From: Botryllus schlosseri | Taxonomy: Eukaryota | DNA: 64,000 nucleotides | Direction of reading: 5' to 3' | Assembly (NCBI GenBank): GCA_051294905.1 | Contig: CM119384.1 | Location: forward strand, 992,001-1,056,000 | Shown: in pieces, positions 23,801-36,546 of the stretch | How positions within the stretch are numbered: the first letter of the stretch is position 1 | How the letters are laid out: each line of letters opens with the position of its first letter | Translations under genes and position numbers: made by a program | The notes under the pieces: model-generated | What the model was told of the DNA's origin: nothing | What the model saw: only the letters and a program-made list of their open reading frames with translations | The model's database searches: none

Positions 23801-26800
23801 ATCAATCTAAAAATAATAGATTGAGGCTAAGTTTGTGAAGTCACATTTTGTGATACAATTGTTGATCTGAAATTTTCTTTCTAATTCTCTACCTGTTGCT
23901 GACAATTACCTCTGACGAGTGTCAGTCGAAAATATTCGGGTTCATTTCAATATCAATATATCATTAAAAAATTCACGGCAACCTCATTAAAATCACTTTT
24001 TACTTGCGGAAGCAGGTCTTCACGTCAGAGTAGTAACCAAGTCACAAGGTCTCGAGTCACAAGTTCATCTCACTTTTATAATTTCGAGTCATTATCAATT
24101 CACCACCTAAGCAAGTCCGAGTCCAAGTCAGCTAGTAGAGTGACTTGAGGCCGAGTCCAAGTCATTATGTTCAGTTTTCAGTTCGACGCGCTTTTTCTAA
24201 CTCTGCTCAAGTGATATGACTCGCATTCATAATATAGTAATTTTCCTCAGTCTTTTAACAGTTTCTGACCCTATTTTCCAAGTATCAGGACTGATAGACG
24301 GATTACCAATATTGAGGTAACTTTCCTATTCTTCAAAGTAACAGTGAAATGTCTGTCTTGGCCGTACCAGTCTCGAATCATATGACTCGGTTAACCGAGT
24401 CATGCACACACACAAATACATATCGAGTCAATACCCATTTGAAACCATGACTCGAGTCATTACAACCCTGTCACACGATTACTTTGCTACCAATCACTCA
24501 TGGAAATACCTGAATGCTTTTCTCATTCGGTCCACGGTATTGGCCGGATAATTGGATCGTTTGCTGTCATCAAGAAAGGCTTTGGCGTAAGCCAACGGTC
24601 CAGCGTTTACCTGCCACATAATAGAGTTGTTTGGAATTCTGAGATGATACTTTAAATTTCTATATATACCTGAACGCTGACGGATCCTTGCAGGCGCAAT
24701 TGAAGTTTCTTCAAATCAACGGTTTTGGAATTGACCAATTCCTCGAGTTCCGAGCATTTTTGTTCCATCGCATCCAGTGCGACTTCGATCGGTTTCAACT
24801 CAAAACTACGTTGTGACGTCACTGTGATGCGCTTCTTGACGTAGGGAAAGCTGTGAGAAGCTGAAACACAAAAAATTATGCGATAATAGAATTTCATGTT
24901 TCACAATTAGGGTTTTAAAAATTTCACTGGCTATTTGATAAAAGTGTTAGGACTGATGAAAAAACGTTGAACAGCAAATTTGTCTCAATTTCAATAAACT
25001 AAAAACTTTCCGACTCCAACAGCTTTCCTTCTACATCTACAGGTTGTAATTAAACAAAATTTGGTCCGCAGTGCAAAATGAGGAGTTGAAGCTACGTTAT
25101 TTCTTTTGAAATCTGTTGTGGAAAAAATAGATTGAAAGTAACTTACTCGTCAATATAGTTTTTCTCTTCCATTGTTCGTCAATACCTCCTCTTGCTTTGC
25201 CCCCGGGAGTGAACGGAGTCTCGAACACAAAATGCTTCAGATTGTGAGCACGCTCGAAGCTGGTTTTGCGAAACTCAGACTCTTGCTCGTCAAAGTAAGG
25301 CTGGACGTAAGTCACTTGTATGTAAGCGAATTTCGGGTCCAAATCCGAGCGATTCACCTAATACATGAAGTTTGATAATAAATAATTGGCCAAGATAGCA
25401 TGCAGATGCGGTCAAAGTTTACTCGAGTAAAAGGAGAACTAGTGATTGATATAACATGACAATATTAGAAAAAATAAGGGTTTTTAGAATACTCAAGTAA
25501 TTACACAAACTACATTTGGTCCAGGACCAATATTTCCACACCGTCGCTGTTTCGTCAAAATTTACGACTCACTTTATTGGATTCCTGCACCAATTTGATG
25601 TTTTCTCTGCCAAATTTTGTTCCGTACATGTTCTGCAGTCGCATCGAGATTTCAGAGAGCTGAGTCAGCTTTGGTTCCTGAAAGACACAAATCCATGTTT
25701 CTTAACCTTTTATCTATCACAGACTGGGAATATTGATATCATTCTAATAGCTCACAGTCTTTCTATTTTATTTCATGTACGAGCAAATGAAGTGACTGTA
25801 AAGCTGATCAATTAAATGCTGTGAAGTCCATTGCCATCTGGTCTATTTGATACCTGAAAGCTACCAGATAACTAAAATATGCCACTTTCGCTTGTGATCT
25901 GAGGCGCGCGCTGAAAATAAGACAAAGGTAGGACAAGTCAGAAAATAGGGACGCATGCTTTACTTTTATGGTTATAGTGTCGACATTGGCCTTTCATGGA
26001 CCATCGTCAAACCATGAGCAGGCGTTACCTTGTAGATGTATTCTCTGCCGTCTTCGTCCTCGAAGAATTGCTGTCCGTAAAAGGCCACTCGGAAATAAGT
26101 GCCCAGCATTCGCTTGCCAGTTCGGTTGACCTCGACCACTTTGGTGTATGCGTTCCTCAATGTCTCGTAGATGTGGATCAGACCCTGTTTGGGAAAACAT
26201 TGCCAAAACTCATTCATCACCGTCACGGGCCTACTCTGGATAATTACCTCAAAATCACGTTTCTTCTCGAAGAAAGGTATCATCATCCGGTAAACACCGG
26301 CCAGAAGTTCGTACCGTTCAGCCGTATGCAAAGCAGACACACATTGTCGCAGAAGATGGATGAGGACATCCTAAACAATCAAAATGTGGATTACAAAAAG
26401 CAGACATTGTTAGTAGTAAATCATCAGCAGCGTAGTAGATGCAAATATTTTTGGAATAAATAAAAAATAAAAATTTTCTTCACCTCGTTATATTGAACGT
26501 CTTGCATCCCCGTATCTTCCTTGATGGCGGATTCCTCCTTCTCGACATTCGGCGAAATAGCACGGAACGCGGAACAGCCTTTGCTTATAAAGCCTGGTCG
26601 GAAAAATAAGTTCAAAGTATACTAAAACAGGTTATAGGCCTGCCGTCACTTGAAGAGTTAGACACCCCACCCCACCCCACCTACTACCTTTTCCATATGT
26701 AGTGCCTACAATCAAACAGGTGTAAATTGACAAGCAATATCGATATTGTAGCAGAGCCATAGAATCCGTTTACGAAATAATGCATTCTGTTTGGCATCAG

Positions 26801-29800
26801 CAATAGGCAGAGGTGGTCATTAACTAAGTATTTCTAATTCCTCGGTAGGTACTAGGAACTAGAGTGGTCATTACGGTTGTAGAAAAAGAACCCTTTTTTC
26901 CAGATTTCAGAGACTCACTGATTAAATTATTAGGTTGTTAAAAAAACGCTGCACGCCAAATTTAGCTCAATTTCCACCAGTAGAAGCCGCTGCAGAGTCA
27001 ATTGCAACTTATAAATTAAAAAAAGAAGAATTGGAAATTTTACTGTCGAGTTGTCTACAAACACGATGCAATTTGATGCAATTCCAACCCATAAAAGTGA
27101 AGTTATTCAAGTTTTTCCATTCATAATTCTGGGATTTCCCACTCTAAATGCTATTTTTGCATATAAACAAGTTTTAACTGCAATCACTTTGCTTCTATTG
27201 GTTAGTTTTGCCTGTTCTTGTAGGCAACTCAACAATTTCACGGGGTTGGCAGTAAAATTTGAAACTTTTTGAGCAATATTTTGCGTGCATCATTTCGCGG
27301 GCAACTCAACAATTTAATCAGTGAATCCCAGGAATCTGGACAAAAAGTTGTTCATTTCTGACCACCTTTGCCGTAAAGTCTGTCGCTGTTGTAACGTTGA
27401 CATGCAACTCACTTTTCGTATCAATTTCAGAAGCAAGACAAAGAGAATTGTTCTCCTTCCCTTCCTCGTTGCTACCCGATTGTTGCGTCACAGAGAAAAA
27501 TCTCGATATAAACCCCCCACCGCTACTCTCAGACGACGGTCCGTTAACGTGCTTTCCTGACATCCGTGCAAAGTTAGTCAAGCATGCAAAGGTCAAAGAT
27601 CACAGGGTGAGATTTGCATATAAAGTGAAAGTGTATAGTTTTTCTACTATTGTGAAAAATTTTTGGGCCTTTCTCTTCAGAAAGACACTCTATCCGAACC
27701 GCAGCTAAAAGATTTTCACTAAAGATGCTGTCCCAGTCAGACCAATGAAATCTTACAGTCTATATTTCAAGGTCAACATAATTTTGACACTTAATATCGG
27801 TTGTAGCATACTACCACCAAAAATCGAAAAATCTAGCCAATATAATTCATACTATAATGAGATCATAGTCACCAATTTCTAGTCATGTTCCAAAGAATAA
27901 TTTCGAGACAACCAATGCAATAGGGTAACCCGTGCAATATGAAAAAGGAGTTTTTTTGAACGAGCTTATTGGCCAGTCAAATATCACTTTAAAATTGACC
28001 AACGAGATGCTGAGAATACTTCCATTTTTTTGATAGTACAATTACATCATGCTACTATTCTACAATGTGTGTGCAGCACACACTTCTATTTAAATCCGCA
28101 AGGCTGTTAACTATAGCATAAAGGCAAGCACTTTATTACTAGACAGTAGACATGCTGGCCACCCAATCGCCCAAAATCATGCAAAATCACAGCAAAATGC
28201 CGTACCTGACGCTGGCGTTTTGGCGTTATCTTTAATATCTGGCATTGAGTCAAGTTCATTATTTAGGAGAAATAACAAGAACTTGAACGATAGCGTACTA
28301 ACAATCAACACCCACCCAATTCAAGGATTCATTTTCGTACTGAATTCAAAATCGATATATCAAGTCAAAATGATATCAAAATATGTAATCTAGTTCAAGT
28401 TATCTGTATCATAGTTAAAATATGGATATACTGACCTTTTCTCTTCAAATATTCCGCCACTAGTGCGGCGATGTGGATGTAACACATTGCAGCCTGCAAT
28501 TGAACAGATTATTTGAAAATGGATACATTTGTGAATCTCACTGTCTTACAGAACAATAATATGAAATTGTGAACAGGTTCATTATATCGTATGTATTTAA
28601 AGATATATGGTCGCAGTGGAATCAAAGTGGCTTTATGTCCATTTTAAAATTGGTAGGAAATCAAGTATTTGTAAAATTTTCACGTTTTTCGGCCATATCC
28701 ATTTTTATGTTTGCCGCATTGTTTCAAAGTTAGCCACGGCCAAGAATGGGGCCGAAATGTTTTGTACAAATATTCGATTTTTTAGCAATTTGAAAAATGG
28801 ACATAAGCTCTTTCATTCCACAGTGATGATATTCTTATTTATATAATAAGATTTCATTTAAAATATCATATGGTCATTTTCCTATAACATCCAGGATAAC
28901 ACACTGAATGCCATGGATATTTATTTCAAAACCAGTCTAAACACGGAGCCTATGTCAATAATAACCGGTGTCATTATCGTCTACGATCTAGCACAAGACA
29001 TTAGCAAAGAATTGACACGCTTAGCAACGTTGTCTTCGCAATTTTGAACTTGTTTTAACAGAAAATATACCTGGAACATTGGAACAACCACGTAATTGTA
29101 CACCTAGATACCTTTGGAGATAGCTGCAAAAATAGCCACTAACGACGCGTGAAATCAGAGTGAATCTACCAGACACAAACAAGTCGACATCTCAATAATC
29201 GAGTCGCAAATAACAACACTAATATCAGATCAAACGGGTCATCCAGGAGTGCAATCATATATAGTCAATAGGGCTGTCTGAATTTTTTTTTCTTGATTAA
29301 ATTGTTAGGTTGCCTAAAAAACCGATGCAAACCAATTTTAGCTCAATTCCAACTGGTAGATGTGAACGCACAGGAGTTTGAAAATTTTGAATTTATCAAG
29401 AAAATATTTCAAATTTTACTGTCAACCCTGTGAATTTCTTGAGTTGTCTGCAACAACGATGCAAAACAACATTTTACGCAAGTCCAACCCGTAGAAGAGA
29501 AGTCATTTGAGTGTTTCATCCATAATGCTGGGATTACCCACCGTCCGGGGTAATCCGAAATTTTCAACTGCAATAACTTCTACCAGTTGGGAGTGAGCAA
29601 AAATTGGGATGAATCATTCTTTTAGACAACTCAACTATTTCATGGGGTTGACAGTAAAATGTGAAAATTTTTTTCAAATTTAATTTTATAATAAATTCAA
29701 AATTTTGAAAATAATGTATCTTCACATCTACCAGTTACAATCGATCCAAATTTGGCGTGCAGCGTTTTTTTTAAGGCAAACTAACAATTTAATGAATGAA

Positions 29801-30116
29801 TCCCTGTAATTTGGAAAAAAGGGTATTTTGAAGCAACCCTTCTGACCAGTAGTGACCACCTCTGTGCGTAAAAACATTAAATTCAAAATCCCGATCTTAC
29901 TTCAGAGTAATTCTTATTCTTCTCGTGAACCTTGGCCATTGCTTCCAGCCAGGTCTTGCGTAGTTCAGGTGTAGCCGCGTAGGACTTGGCCAGGCTGTAC
30001 TGCAGGTCCACCAGCATTTCCGGGTCGTCCTTGTGTTCTTTCATGGCGGCCGTGGCCATGAGAACGGTGCGGATGCGTTTGGTCAGGTCTTTGACTTCGA
30101 TGTGGAACACGGAGTG
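20847..30116 (-). CDS. DOCK9: DOCK-D family (DOCK9/10/11, zizimin) GEF, 3' exon block including DHR2: 29901-30116, 28436-28493, [28206-28238, 27413-27556 optional], 26484-26593, 26248-26370, 26029-26184, 25573-25677, 25147-25357, 24670-24860, 24510-24610, 23615-23753, 20847-21059
   Basis: Recognisable DOCK9/10/11 peptides: [113 protein letters not shown]. All junctions are GT-AG and phase-consistent. The symbol stands for the DOCK9/10/11 group. Confidence 0.97.
21827..23327. mobile_element. 1.5-kb non-autonomous hAT element with nested repeats, in the last DOCK intron
   Basis: 15-bp TIRs CAATGTTCCCTCTAA...TTAGAGGGAACATTG; perfect 8-bp TSD GTCATAGG at 21819-21826 and 23328-23335. Confidence 0.9.
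23908..23941 (+). ncRNA. Minimal type I hammerhead ribozyme motif, apparently intact (Penelope-like type)
   Basis: ACCT-CTGACGA-G-TGTCAGT-C-GAAA-ATAT-TC-GGGT: CUGANGA and GAAA core, 1-bp stem II, palindromic stem III (AATATT), UC cleavage site at 23936-23937, 4-bp stem I. Confidence 0.6.
24027..24470. mobile_element. MITE family rich in GACTCGAGTC palindromic subrepeats (other copies about 5945-6130, 17700-17985, 61370-61495)
   Basis: Recurrent ATGACTCGAGTCAT and AAGTCCGAGTCCAAGTC units; imperfect CAG(A/G)GT..TAA termini. Confidence 0.6.
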
Positions 30117-30189
30117 CTGGAAAAGACGTAAATACATTAGATTTTGTGAAACGATTCTTGATACAAACTTGGACACTAAGATAATTCCA

Positions 30190-31360
30190 GTGGTCTAATT
30201 TGTTAAATGTTTCTTTGCTCCAATTCTAATTCCAATCTAATTTTATAAATGTTTCTATGCTCACACTTTAATTATAATCTAATTTCTGATTTTTCTGAAA
30301 ATGCTACAGGAGAACTGTATAGTGCGAAACGAGCCTAGCTTCCTGTACACGTACAGTAGGGTTGTTCAAAAAAAACTTTTTTTTCCAAACCTCACTCTCC
30401 TAGTGACTAAATCGTCAGGTTGTCCAAGAAAACGATGCACACCAAATTTGACTCAATTCCGACCAGTAAAGGCCGTGCAATCTTGAATTGAAATTTTTAA
30501 TTTATTATTAAAAATTAAAAAAAAAACTCAAATTTTTCTGTCAACCCCATGAAATTGTTGAGCTGTCTTCAAAGACGATGCAAAACAAATTTGAGTCAAT
30601 TCCGACAAGTAGAAGCGGAACTATTTGAGTTTTTCGTTGATAATCCCCGGATCAAGTGTACAGTCATTTGCCAGAGAGACATTACAGACATTCTAATGCT
30701 TATTAGAATGAACTTGAAAAATAATTTTGTCGCTATAATTCTAATTTTAATGTAATTTGGAAATATCTGTGTATCCGTAATTCTGATTTTAATATAATTT
30801 GGAAAAACATTGCGTAGACATATTTTCAATCTGATTGAGAAAAACTTTATAGCTGTAATTCTAATTATATTCCAATATGGAAATAATTTGGAAATCACTT
30901 TAATTTTAATCTAATTTGGACAAACATTGTGTAGATATAATTATAATTTTAATCTAATCAAAAAAAACTTTATAGCTGTAATTCTAATTATATTCCAATT
31001 TGGAAATAATTTGGAAATAAATATAATTTTAATTTAATTTGGGAATAACGGCGCAGCTACAATTCTAATTCTAATCCAATTTGGAAAAGCTGAAAATTCA
31101 TTCATCATTCTAATTTCGATCTAATTCGGAATAGCTGCCTAGCTACAATTCTAATTCTACTTTAATTTGTAAAACTTTGTAGCTATAATTTTAATTCTAA
31201 TCCAATTTGGAAAAGCTGAAAATTCATTCATCATTCTAATTTTAATCTAATTTGGGAATAACTGTAGCTACAATTTTAATTTTATTCTAATTTGGAAAAA
31301 ACTTTGTAACTGTAATTCTAATTCTAATCTAATTTGAAAAAGCTGAAAATTGTCTAGTTG
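30190..31360. repeat. Satellite-bearing element (core TTCTAATT(C/T)TAATCTAATTTGGAAA), interrupted by a TAGGG-type MITE at about 30357-30660
   Basis: More than 10 degenerate units at 30700-31340; shorter copies at about 37690, 39560-39750, 44500-44810, 48750-48990, 50870-51050, 52370-52560, 56350-56530 and 58490-58580; several share ACTGTATAG(T/C)GCGAAACG.GCC.AGCTT. Confidence 0.75.
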
Positions 31361-32699
31361 CCCAAGTCTGTGCAGATACATTTTGTTGCAGACCATACCT
31401 TATAATAACGCAACAATATGAGGCAGTTAGTGGGACAATCGTGAAGTATTGGCTTGTAGAGAATGCCATTTGTACTTTCCAGTTGAACAGAATATTTACT
31501 CTGGCTAACAAACGACATACCCGTTGCTAAGATATGCAATTATACATTCACAAAATGCCAGTCTCGTGAGATTTAAAAATGTAAGACGCCCAGAACAACA
31601 CAACCGAATATCAAACCAAGGTATCGCACATACTACCATCCGAAATCCAAACAAGTATCTCCACTTACCAACGAAAACAAACATAATTAGCGAATTACGG
31701 TGAAGAGGTATAGGGATCAAATTTCTTTGAGATGCTCAGGACAAATTGTCATTCTCCGTGACTGGGTAGTAAGTTACAGCGCACTTGTTTTAAGTAGCAA
31801 TTACTGCACTTAACTGAAAAGCCTAGGAACAAGAGTGTGTAGCGGCTCAAATTAACAATGAAAAGGCATTTTGAAATACAATCTTAACTAGCAATATCCA
31901 GTATATTTCTGCATAGAGATTGTCAATAAGGCAGCTCATAGATAGGTTGCCTAAAATAAACACTGTCCACCAATTTTGGCTCGAATAACTTCACTTCTAC
32001 GCGCTGGAATTGGGTCAAATTTGTTTTGCATATTTTTTGCAGATAACTTAACAATTTCATGGTTAGCCTATAAATTTGAATTACTTTTTTAAATCTTTTG
32101 TAATAAATTCAAACTTTTTACACAATACTAGCTTCACTTCTATTCGTTGGAATTGAGCCAAGTTTGGTGTACAACGTAATTTTAGTCAACCTCACAATTT
32201 TAGCTGATAGCCGCAAAAATCTGAAAAAAAAATAATTTTTGAACAGCTTTACTGTGCATTACAGCAATGCTGCATCTGCGACGCTTACTCTTGATTAACC
32301 TCCATTTCACCTCAAAATCATTCGTCATGTATTGTAAAGTATAATAATGTGAACATAACTCATAACTAAACATAACAGGCATACTTTCGGTGATTTAAAA
32401 GGAATGCAACGATTCAAATCAATTTCGTGAAAGATGGACCTCGTTTCGACATAACGCGTCCAATTGCTTGCCGCATTTCTCGGCGAGTTATCATTGTTGA
32501 ACCGCGGATCGCAAGTTCAATTGCGCTAACGGTAGATCGAATTACGGATATCGGACCGTGACACGCGAAATGGTGGTCATTATGCTATCACTATTGTGAC
32601 GTGGCGGATATCTCAGCAAGGATTGGTGTATTTGAATCGTTTTCACCCATTGGCGTGAAACGATATTTGCTAAAATGCTGATGTCTTGATTTGAACACA

Positions 32700-33140
32700 C
32701 GCTATATGGCGGAAATGGTGAGTACACCCATTCTCCACCCCTGTATTCCCGGTGTATTCGTACCCTACGCTATGGTGTGGATCTAGTAAAAACAGGTATT
32801 TTCGGCTCATATATTGGCACTACATTTGCACCCTATACGCTATGGCGGAATATCTAGTGAATGCACCAATTTTCCACCCATGCATGATCACTTATCAGTG
32901 TATTTGCACCTATACTATGATTGAAATCTGTACATACACCCATATATTCACAGTGTATTTGCACCCTACGCTATGGTGGCAATCTAGTAAATACACCTAT
33001 TTCCCAGCAATGCGCGGTATTTACAGTGTATTTGCAACCTACGCTATATGGTGAAGATCCAGTAAATACGCCATTTTTCTCCCATGTATTCAGTGTAATT
33101 TCATCTTTCGCTATGGTGGCTATTTAACAAATACACCAAT
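32700..33140. repeat. Degenerate minisatellite, about 7 units of about 68 bp, with internal inverted repeats
   Basis: CGCTAT anchors at 32700, 32768, 32838, 32969, 33042 and 33109; units read GTGTATTT...CGCTATGG...AAATACAC. Confidence 0.75.
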
Positions 33141-35999
33141 CTGTGTGGCTAAAATTCTATTCTGATATGTAAAGCTGACAATTTATTAGTTGTCCAGCTC
33201 TGGTGATTAATTGAAGTAGCGGTCGAGTTCAATGTTGACTGTAATCATTTTCGCTACGGAAAGCATTCTTTCGCTCGCCACTTAAACAGGTTTCCAATTA
33301 CTGCTACTGCTGTAATAGTGATGGATGCGATATTCCATGCAACCGACAGAAAAATGGAAAACTTGAATGTTACAAATTCATGATTTTTTTACCAGAATCG
33401 TAATTCCAACGCACATTACGCAGGTGTGTCCGCGAGTTGCAATTTATCGACAATCTCACACGCGGGTGATGGCATGCCCACAGTAACGGTACGTCAATAT
33501 CGGCAGGTCTCAGCAAATACATTTCTTATTACAGTCGGGGACTCTACGTGTAAACAATACCTCAGTGGTAGTGACGATGAGAATACCTTCACGAAAAATA
33601 AGGTCTCTGCACTCATCAACGGTATTCCGAGGCAAGTGACTTGAGACAAATATAAGTAACGCTGCACACCTAATGTTTGTGGTGAGTGCTACTTCGTGTC
33701 CTGATTATTATGCTTCGAGAAACGCTCAATATGTCGTTATAACGGTACGGAATGATGTGTAAAGTTTAAATATGTACATTTGACGCGACCACAAACAACA
33801 TATTGCCAGCTCTACATCACAAAAAAGATTATTTGGTATTTTTTCGACCGTGCATATTTCATTGCACTTGGTGACAATGCTGTGGGTTAATCGCGACTTC
33901 ACAGATTTGTCATTTCAACTAACTAGCTTTGTGCTACATGTTTTGTATGCTGCGACCGATCAAGGTTTAGGTAAAAGTGACATACGTTTTACGTCATACT
34001 CGACCCGGCACAGAATCAATCCAGCTCTAAATTTTCGACACACATACCGCGGAGTTACAAGGCGTACAACAAAATGAGTCATACAACTTCACCTTGACAC
34101 AGCCGGCAAAATAGATTGGAACAGAATCCCTCAACAGTTGAAGTGTAAACATCTATTATTCATTTTTACTGACGAAAGAAACGCGTAAGGAGAAAAGCAT
34201 GGAGTGTTTCGTCCGAGCCTCTTTTTGATACATTAATTTAGCAACTGTTCGGCCTGACGCGTAGCGAATCGCGTAAACAATCGATTGTTATCTACGATAT
34301 TGAGGGCAGCGACCCCTTCGCTTGCATAATGCCATAAAAACTGAAAACTGTCACGTGGAAGTATTTTAAAAACATAACCCCTCGAGTGGTGATTCCAGTG
34401 CGCAAAACCTACTTGAGTGCTTTAAAAATTAAAAATGTACCAGTATTTCGTTACTGCCCGTCTCTGCAAACCAGGCACACGTATCGACAGGCAACACAGC
34501 TATGTTATGAATACTCGCCAACACAAACAACCATAATCCTCGCCAGCCTCCAAGAAACAACAAATCCCGAGGTCAAGTGGGTGCGGATAATTGGCTCGTG
34601 ACATTACGCGCGTAATAACCCGATTGCACAGTTGGCCATGTTATGACTTTGTCAGATAGACCAAAATGGAAATGGCGACATAAGAATTGATACAATCCTT
34701 GGCGGGTTGTATAGGAAACCGTAGGTGTTTTTGAAGTTCCAAGACTATCAACAAGTCTCCTTGAATTCAAGGGAAAGGGCATGATAGTGGCTCGGAATTG
34801 GGATGAATCATAGTGTAATGTTTATCAACAAACTGACGGCCTGAATTTCCTGTCTGTTTCGCGAGTCTAATGTAGCGATTAGGGCTGTATCACTCATGAG
34901 TCTCGGGCAAGTTTTTGTTGCAGTCAAATCCGTTGGAAGTTGCACTGATTTTTCACAAAAGTTGCAATTATGGACAAGTTCCTTGAAATTATTAGGGTGT
35001 GAGATACTCGAATCGTTCCGTACCCAAGGCACTGTAGCAAAACTCAAAAATATCAATAGCCGGGAAAAATTGACCCAGGGAAAATATAATTTTCAGCGGT
35101 TTGCCTGAATGTGCGTCAAACCTGAAATTTAAAAGATAGTGAAATAATCAAGAGATCTATTTACATATGGTGCCAAATATTTCCAGTAAAAAGTGAGTAG
35201 GATAGAAAGTCGAAAACACTTGCAAAAAATTCCATGAAAAATCGAAAAAACTCCAAAAAGTTACAGGAAAAATGTAGTAAAGTTGCAAAAAGTTGCAATA
35301 TAAGATTCCTCCAAACAGTTTAAAACACTAATTTGCTCAGTTCCTAATCATATCTCGTGATGGACTTTGCACGCGCGCTTCAAGCAACACTCTCACAGGC
35401 AAACTGTGAACATACGTAAGCGCGCTCTATGCCAAAAAGTTCAAATTTACAACAGTGGCAGATGGTAACGCTGATAATTTAAAATACAAACAACGCATCA
35501 ATTCGTACACGGGGACATAATTCATTCGAAACCATAGTCACGCCATAACTTAACCGCCAGCATAACACAAACGGACGATCATTTCTGAAACACATCGTTA
35601 CGATTCAGGCTCCCGACCGCATCATTTCAACTACAGGCCTGGAATTTTGAGGCGATACAAATGGAAACGTGTTGAGAAATGACACAACAATGTAACAAGC
35701 CGCACGGAAGATATTCACGTACGTGTGCCTCGACACGCATCGGTAAAAGGACTACTTTTTTAGCGTAATTAATCATCTTTTGACACTGGAGCTGTGAAAG
35801 ATATTTACGGAATTTGAACGGCTTTAAGGAAGGCGGTTAGCCGGTGCGATATATTCAATGATAAGAATGTTACACGATGTTATAAATACACGACAGGTGC
35901 TGTTGTGTAATTACTGAGGGTTGTTTTTCTTAATAATGGTCTCACAAGTGGCGAGACAGAATTGATTGGTTCTACTTGATGTGGAGACGACCCATGAGG

Positions 36000-36546
36000 G
36001 GTGTCCGGACAATACCGAGAAAACCATTACCGAGAATGCCATTACCGAGAATGGACACCACCGAGAATGGACATTACCGAGAATGGACACCACAGAGAAT
36101 GGACATTACCGAGAATGCAATGTATGTAATGCAGGCATGTTATGCATATGCACATGTCGTGTGAGAGCATCACGGCGTTGCCACATTCGGTATTGATGCT
36201 CAGGTATACATTTCTCGACAACGTCAGTCCCAGTAAGCTATATTCTTGACATTGGTTATTTTCGGTAATGTCCATTCTCGGTGGTGTCCATTCTCGGTGA
36301 TGACCATTCTCGGTAATGACCATTCTCGGTAATGACCATTCTCGGTAATGTCCGTTCTCGGTAATGGCATTCTCGGTAATGGCATTCTCGGTAATGTCCA
36401 TTCTCGGTAATGGCATTCTCGGTAATGTCCATTCTCGGTAATGTCCATTCTCGGTAATGTCCATTCTCGGTAATGGCATTCTCGGTAATGGCATTCTCGG
36501 TAATGTCCATTCTCGGTAATGGTTTTCTCGGTATTGGTATAGAACC
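36000..36546. mobile_element. Foldback/Mutator-like non-autonomous element whose TIRs are tandem arrays
   Basis: Arms of 15-16 bp units (CATTACCGAGAATG..) in opposite orientation; GG...CC termini; 9-bp direct repeat CCCATGAGG at 35991-35999 and 36547-36555. Confidence 0.85.

Noticed and set aside
25996-26463. 155-aa + strand ORF
   Set aside because: Antisense to two DOCK exons.
32700-33140. CRISPR-like appearance of palindromic repeats
   Set aside because: Eukaryotic intron, degenerate repeats, linkers related to one another, no cas genes.
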